Below are positions 57,972-64,000 of a stretch of 64,000 nt of DNA, piece after piece. The translations under genes were made by a program, and so were the position numbers. This DNA is from the human T2T-CHM13v2.0 reference genome, Homo sapiens. The notes under the pieces are model-generated. The model saw nothing but the letters and a program-made list of their open reading frames with translations, was not told the DNA's origin and did no database searches. The stretch is taken from NCBI RefSeq assembly GCF_009914755.1, contig NC_060940.1. The stretch is one strand, 5' to 3'. Position 1 is the stretch's first letter, and every line of letters begins with the position of its first letter.

Positions 57972-60900
57972 CCGGTAGGGTCCGTTCGATGTTGATTCCA
58001 TTGGAGTGCATTCGATGATTCCATTCGAGTCCATTTTAGGATTTGATTCGAGTCCTTTCGATGATTCCATTCGATTCCACTCGATGATGATTTCATTCGA
58101 GTCCATTCGACACTTCCAATCGATTCCATTTGATGTTTCCATTCGATTCCAATTGATGATTCCATTCAATTCCATTCGATGATGATTCCGTACGATTCCA
58201 TTCTGTGATGATTCCATGTGATTGCATTCAATGATGATTCCTTTCGATTGCATTCGATTATGATTCATTTCGTGTTCATTCTATGGTTCCACAGGTTTCC
58301 ATTCGATGATGTTTCCATTCGTGTCCATTCCATTATTCCATTATATTCCATTTGAAGATGATTCCATTCGATTCCATTCATTGGTGATTCCACTCAATTC
58401 CATTCAATGATTCCATTCCATTTCTTTCAACAATGATTCCATTAGTTTCTATTCGATGATCCACTTGATTCCATTTGACGATGATTCCATTCGTGTCCAT
58501 TCGATGATTCCATTTGATTCCATATGATGATGATTCCATTCGATTCCATACGATGATGATTCCATTCGAGTCCATTCAATGGTGATTCCATTCAATTCCA
58601 TTCGATGATTCCTTCCGATTCCATTCAATGATGATGGCATTCGATTCCTTTCGATCATTCCCTTTGATTCCATTCAAAGGTGATTTCATTCAAGTCCATT
58701 CGATCATTGCATTCGATTCCATTCTATGATGATTCCATTCGAGTCCATTTGATGATTCCATTCAATTCAAGTCAATGATGATTCCATTCGATTCCACTCG
58801 ATGATTCCATTGGATTCCATTCGATGATGATTCCATTCAAATCCATTCGATAATTCAATTCAAGTCCATTCGATGATGATTCCAATCGAATCCATTCAAA
58901 GATTCCACTCAATTCCATTCGATGATGATTCCCTTAGATTCCATTCGATGATTCCACTTGATTCCATTTACGATGATTCCATTCGATTCCATGTGATGAT
59001 TCCATTCAATTCTATTCAATGATGTTTCCACTTGATTCCATTCGAACATGATTGCCTTTGATTCCATTCAATGATTCCATACGGTTCCATTTGATGATGA
59101 TTCCATTCGAGTGCATTAGATGATTCCATTCGAGTCCATTCGATGATTCCATTCGATTCCATTCGATGTTGATTCTGTTCAAATCCATTCGATGATTCTA
59201 CTCGATTCCATTCGATGACTCCATTTGATCCCATTCGATGATTTCCTTTGATTCCCTTTGATGATCATTCCATTTGATTCAATTCGGTGATTTCATTTGA
59301 TTCCATTCAGTGATGTTTCCATTCAACTCCTTTCGATGATGATTCCATTCGACTCCATTCGATTATGATTTCATTCAATTCCATTCGATAATGATTCCCT
59401 TCAAGTCCATTCGATGATTCCATTCGATTCCATTCAACGATGATTTGATTCGTGTCCATTCGATGATTCCATTTGATTCCATTTGATGATGATTCCATTC
59501 GAGTCCCTTTGATGATTCCATTCAATTCCATTCTCCGATGATTTCTTTTGAGCCCACTCAATGCTTCCACTCGATTCCATATGATGATGACTCCATTCGA
59601 TGAAATTCGATGATGATTCCATTCGCTTGCATTCGATGATGATTCCACTTGAGTCCGTTAGAAGATTCTATTCAATTACATTCCATGACGATTCTGTTCG
59701 AGTCCATTTGATGATTCCATTAGACTCCATTCGACGATGATTCCATTCGATGTTATTCGATGATGATTCCATTCAACTCCATTCGATGTTTCCATTCGAG
59801 TTCATTCTATTATTCCATTAGATTCCATTCGATGATGATTCCATTCGATTCCATTTGATGATTGCATTCTATTTCATTTGATGATGATTCCATTCGAGTC
59901 CATTCGATGATTCCATTCGAGTCCATTTAATGAATCCATTGGTTTCAATTCTATGATGATTACATTGGATTCCATTCGTTGATGATTTCATTCGATTCCA
60001 TTCAATGATGATTCCATTCAATTCCATTCAATGATTCCATTCAATTCCATACGATGATGATTCCATTTGATTTGATTCGACAGTGAGCCATTCGATTCAA
60101 TTCCATGATGATTCTATTTGATTCAATTGGTTGACATTTCCATTCGATTCCATTCGATGATGATTCCATTTGATTCCATTCAAAGATGATTCCATTCTAG
60201 CCCATTCAATCATTCCATTCGATTCTATTCAATGATGATTCCATTCAAGTCGATTTGGTGATTCCATTTGACTTCATGTGATGATGATTCCTTTCAAGTT
60301 CATTAGATGATTCCATTCGATTCCATTTGATGATGATCCCATTCGAGTCCATTCAGTGATTCCACTCGTTTCCATTCCATGATGATTCCATTCCATTCCA
60401 TTCAATGATTCCATTCGATTCCGTTTGATGATGATTTCATTCGAGTCCATTTGATGATTCCATTTGATTCCATTCGATGATGATTACATTCGAGTCCATA
60501 CGATGATTCCACTCAATTCCATATGATGATGATTCCATTCGATTCCATTCGATGATTCCATTCTATTCTATTCAATGGTGATTCCATTCGAGTACATTAG
60601 ATGATTCCATTCGATTCCATTCAATGATGATTCTATTTGTGTCCCTTAGATGATTCCACATGATTCCATTAGATGATGATACTATTTGAGCCCATCCAAT
60701 GATTCCCTTCGATTCCATTCGATGAGGATTCCATTCGATTCAATTCATTGGTGATTCTATTCAATTCAATTCTTTGATTCCATTCCATTCCATTCGACAA
60801 TGATTCCATTCGATTTCTTTCGATGATTCCACTCGATTCCACTTGACATTGATTCCATTCGATTCCATTCAATGATTCCACTTGATTCCAGTGGATGATG

Positions 60901-63827
60901 ATTGCCATCGATTCCATTCGATCACTCCATTCTATTCCATTTGATGATGATTACATTCGATTCCATTTGATGATTCCATCTGATTCTATTCGAGGATTCC
61001 ATTTGATTCCATTCGATGATGATTCCATTCGAGTGCATTCGATGATTTCATTCGAGTACATCCAATGATTCCATTCGAGTCCATTTGATGATTCCATTTG
61101 ATTCCATTTGATTATGATTCTACTAGAGTCCATTCAATGACTCCATTCGAATCCATTCTACAATTCCATTCGAGGCCATTCGATGATTCCATTTCATGAT
61201 TCCATTCGAGTCCATTTAATCATTACAGTCGAGTCCATTTGGTGATTCCACTGGATTTCTTTTGATAATGATACCATTCAATTACATTTGATGATGATCC
61301 CATTCAATTTCATTTGATGGTGATTCCATTAGAGTCCATTCGATGATTTCATTCGAGTCCCTTCATTGATTCCATCCGATTTCATTGGATGATGACTCCA
61401 TTCGAGTCCATTCGATGATTCCACTCGATTCCATTAGATGATTCCATTGGAGTCCATTTGATTGTTCCATTCGATTCTATTCGATTCCTTTCGAAGATTA
61501 TTCCATTTGAGTCCATTCGATGATGATTCCATTCCATTCCATTCGATGATTCCGTTTGATTCAATTCGATGATTCCCTTCGATTCCTTTCTTTGATGATT
61601 CCATTCCATTCCATTCAATGATTCCATTCGAATCTATTCCATGATGATTCCTTTCGATTCCATTCGCTGATGTTTCCGTTCAATTCCATTCGATGATGAT
61701 TCCATTCGATTCCATTCATTGAGGATTCCATTTGATTCCATTCAATGATGATTCCATTCTATTCCATTCAATGATTGCATTCAATTCCATTCAATGATTA
61801 TCCCCTTAGAGTAAACTCAACGATTCCATTCAATACCATTCAATGATGATTCCTTTTGAGTCCACTCAATGATTTCATTCAAGTCCATTTGATGATTCCT
61901 TTCAATTCCATTCTATGATGATTCCATTCGAGTCCATTCGATGATTCCATTCGATTGCATTCGATGATTCCATTATATTCCATTCAACGATGATTCCATT
62001 CGAGTCCATTCGATGATTCCATTAGAGTACATTTAATGATTGCTTTGTTTTCAATTCGAAGATGATTACATTGGATTCCATTCTATGATACCATTCGATT
62101 CCATTCAATGATGATTCCACTCAAATCCATTGGATGATTCCATTCGTGTCCGTTCGGTGATTTCATTAGATTCCATTCGAGGATGATTCCATTCGATTCC
62201 ATTCGATGATTCCATTCAATTCCATTCGATGATGATTCCATTCCAGTCCATATGATCATTCCATTTGATTTCATTCGATGATGATTCCATTCGATTCCAT
62301 TCGATGATTCCATTCTATTCCATTCGATGATGATTCCACTCGAGTCCATTCGATGATTCCATTCGAGTCCATTTAATGATTCCATTGGGTTCAATTCAAT
62401 GATGATTACATTGGATTCCGTTCTATGATTCCATTCAATTCCGTTCATTGACAATTTGATTCCATTCGATGATGATTCCATTTGAGTTCATTCGATGATT
62501 CTATTCGATTCTCTTCGATGGTGATTCAATTCTATTATATTGGATGATTCCATTCGATTCCATTTGATGTTGATTCAATTCGATTCTATTCGATGATGAT
62601 TCCATTGGATTTCACTTGATGATTCTATTCGATTCCATTCAATGATGATTCACTTCTCGTCCATTGGATGATTCCATTTCATTCCATTCGATGATGATTC
62701 CATTCGATTCCATTCGATGATTCCATTTGATTCCATGCGTCGGTGAGCAATTCGATTCAATTCCATGATGATTCTATTTGATTCAATTAGATGATGTTTC
62801 CATTCGAATCCATTCCATGATTATTCCATTGGAATCCATTCGGCGATGATTCCATATGAGTCAATTCAATGATGATTCCATATGGGTCCGTTCGATGATA
62901 ATTCCATTTGATTTCATTTGATGCTTCTATTCTATTCCAGTCGATGATGATTCCGTTGGAGTCCATACGATGATTCCATTTGATTTCATTTGATGATGAT
63001 TCCATTCGATGATGATTACATTGGATTCCATTCTATGATTCCATTCAATTCCATTCGTTGATGATTCAATTCCATTCAATGATGATTCCATTTGAGTTCA
63101 TTCGATGATTCTATTCGATTCCGTTCGATGGTGATTCAATTCTCTTATATTGGATGAATCCACTCGATTCCATTTGATGATTATTCCATTGGAGTCCACT
63201 TAGTGAATCCTTCAGATTCTACTTGAAGATGATTCCATTCAAGTCCACTCGATGATACCATTCAATTCCATTCGTTGATGCTTCCTTTCAAGTGCATTCG
63301 AGGATATCATTCGATTCCATTTGATGATAATTCCATTTGATTCCATGCGATGATTCTATTCGATTCCATTCAATGATAATTCCATTCAGTTCAGTGATTC
63401 CTCTGGACTCCATTTGATGATGATTCCATTCAATGATTCCATTCGATTCTATTCGAAAATGATTCCATTTGAATCCATTTGATGATGATTCCATTAGATT
63501 CCATTTGATGATTCCATTCGATTCCATGCGACGATGATTCCATTCGATTCCATGTGATGATTCCATTCTATTCTATTCGATGATGATTCCATTCGATTCC
63601 ATTCGATGATGATTGGATTCGATTCCATTTGATGATTTCATTTGATTCCATTCGTTAATGATTTCGATCAATTCCATTCGATGATTCCATTCGATTCCAT
63701 TCGATAATGATTACATCCGTGTCCATTCAGTGATTCCATTTGAGCCTGTTCGATAATTCCATTTGAGTCCAACCAATGATTCCATTCATTTCCATTCAAT
63801 GATTCCATTCGAGTCCATTTGATCATT
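57972..63827 (+). repeat. Unit 12: long A-type unit, 5856 bp
   Basis: Landmarks at 57972 and 63828. Retains a GAT triplet (~58085) that is absent in units 1, 3, 6 and 8. Confidence 0.88.
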
Positions 63828-64000
63828 CCGGTAGGGTCCATTCGATGTTGATTCCATTGGAGTGCATTCGATGATTCCATTCGAGTCCATTTTATGATTT
63901 GATTCGAGTCCTTTCGATGATTCCATTCGATTCCACTCGATGATGATTTCATTCGAGTCCATTCGACACTTCCAATCGATTCCATTTGATGTTTCCATTC

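Larger units (their letters stand above)
1..64000 (+). repeat. Satellite II (HSat2/HSATII) pericentromeric tandem array, CATTC strand on +
   Basis: Continuous ATTCCATTCG / GAGTCCATTCG / ATGATG motifs from first to last base. The 23- and 26-bp monomers with dense TCGA and GANTC match the classical HSat2 consensus CATTCGATTCCATTCGATGAT. There are no long pure (CATTC)n runs or CAACCCGAGT spacers as in HSat3. Confidence 0.97.

Noticed and set aside
259-63998. Well over 100 short minus-strand ORFs rich in MES/SNG/IEWN
   Set aside because: They are direct translations of (GAATG)n-type repeats. Each CAT gives an ATG on the minus strand while TGA repeats close the plus strand. The ORFs overlap in several frames, have no domain or codon structure, and recur exactly with the repeat units.
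1-64000. CRISPR-like array or other prokaryotic defence/repeat system
   Set aside because: There are no invariant direct repeats separated by unique spacers, no leader and no cas-like genes; all sequence is degenerate pentamer satellite.
1-64000. HSat3, alpha satellite or telomeric repeat
   Set aside because: Regular ATG/ATGATG insertions and TCGA density indicate HSat2. I saw no 171-bp monomers, CENP-B boxes or TTAGGG arrays; single TTAGGG hits such as 9711 are isolated.
1-64000. Inversions or Alu/L1 insertions
   Set aside because: No GAATG-oriented stretch, poly-A tail, target-site duplication or non-satellite segment was seen; every ORF is on one strand, consistent with uniform polarity.
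1-64000. HSATII ncRNA genes or DUX4-responsive sites
   Set aside because: HSATII transcription and DUX4 binding are reported for the family, but no transcript boundaries or specific sites can be supported from this sequence alone.

Overview
The whole 64 kb window is one uninterrupted, single-orientation array of classical human/primate Satellite II (HSat2/HSATII): CATTC-derived pentamers arranged as ~23/26-bp monomers of the type ATTCCATTCGATTCCATTCG(ATG)1-2, rich in TCGA and GANTC. I see no credible gene, RNA gene, transposon or CRISPR array; the ORF track is an artefact of the GAATG strand. I find no evidence of a new functional system. What can be read is a layered repeat architecture. A once-per-unit landmark (TCATTCCGGTAGGGTCC; CCGG position at 799, 6652, 10782, 16432, 19820, 23950, 29803, 33933, 39786, 45893, 52502, 57972, 63828) defines 12 complete kilobase-scale units of 5853, 4130, 5650, 3388, 4130, 5853, 4130, 5853, 6107, 6609, 5470 and 5856 bp. 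All share a ~2.2 kb core, joined to either a long body (A type ~5.85 kb, B type ~6.1 kb) or an alternative ~1.83 kb 'S' block (4.13 kb units). Higher levels are a 9,983-bp long+short dimer and a >=11.9 kb near-identical copy at offset 23,151. Truncated, hybrid and internally duplicated units have readable junctions. All coordinates come from manual landmark reading and ORF-track offsets, so junctions are approximate (tens of bp).
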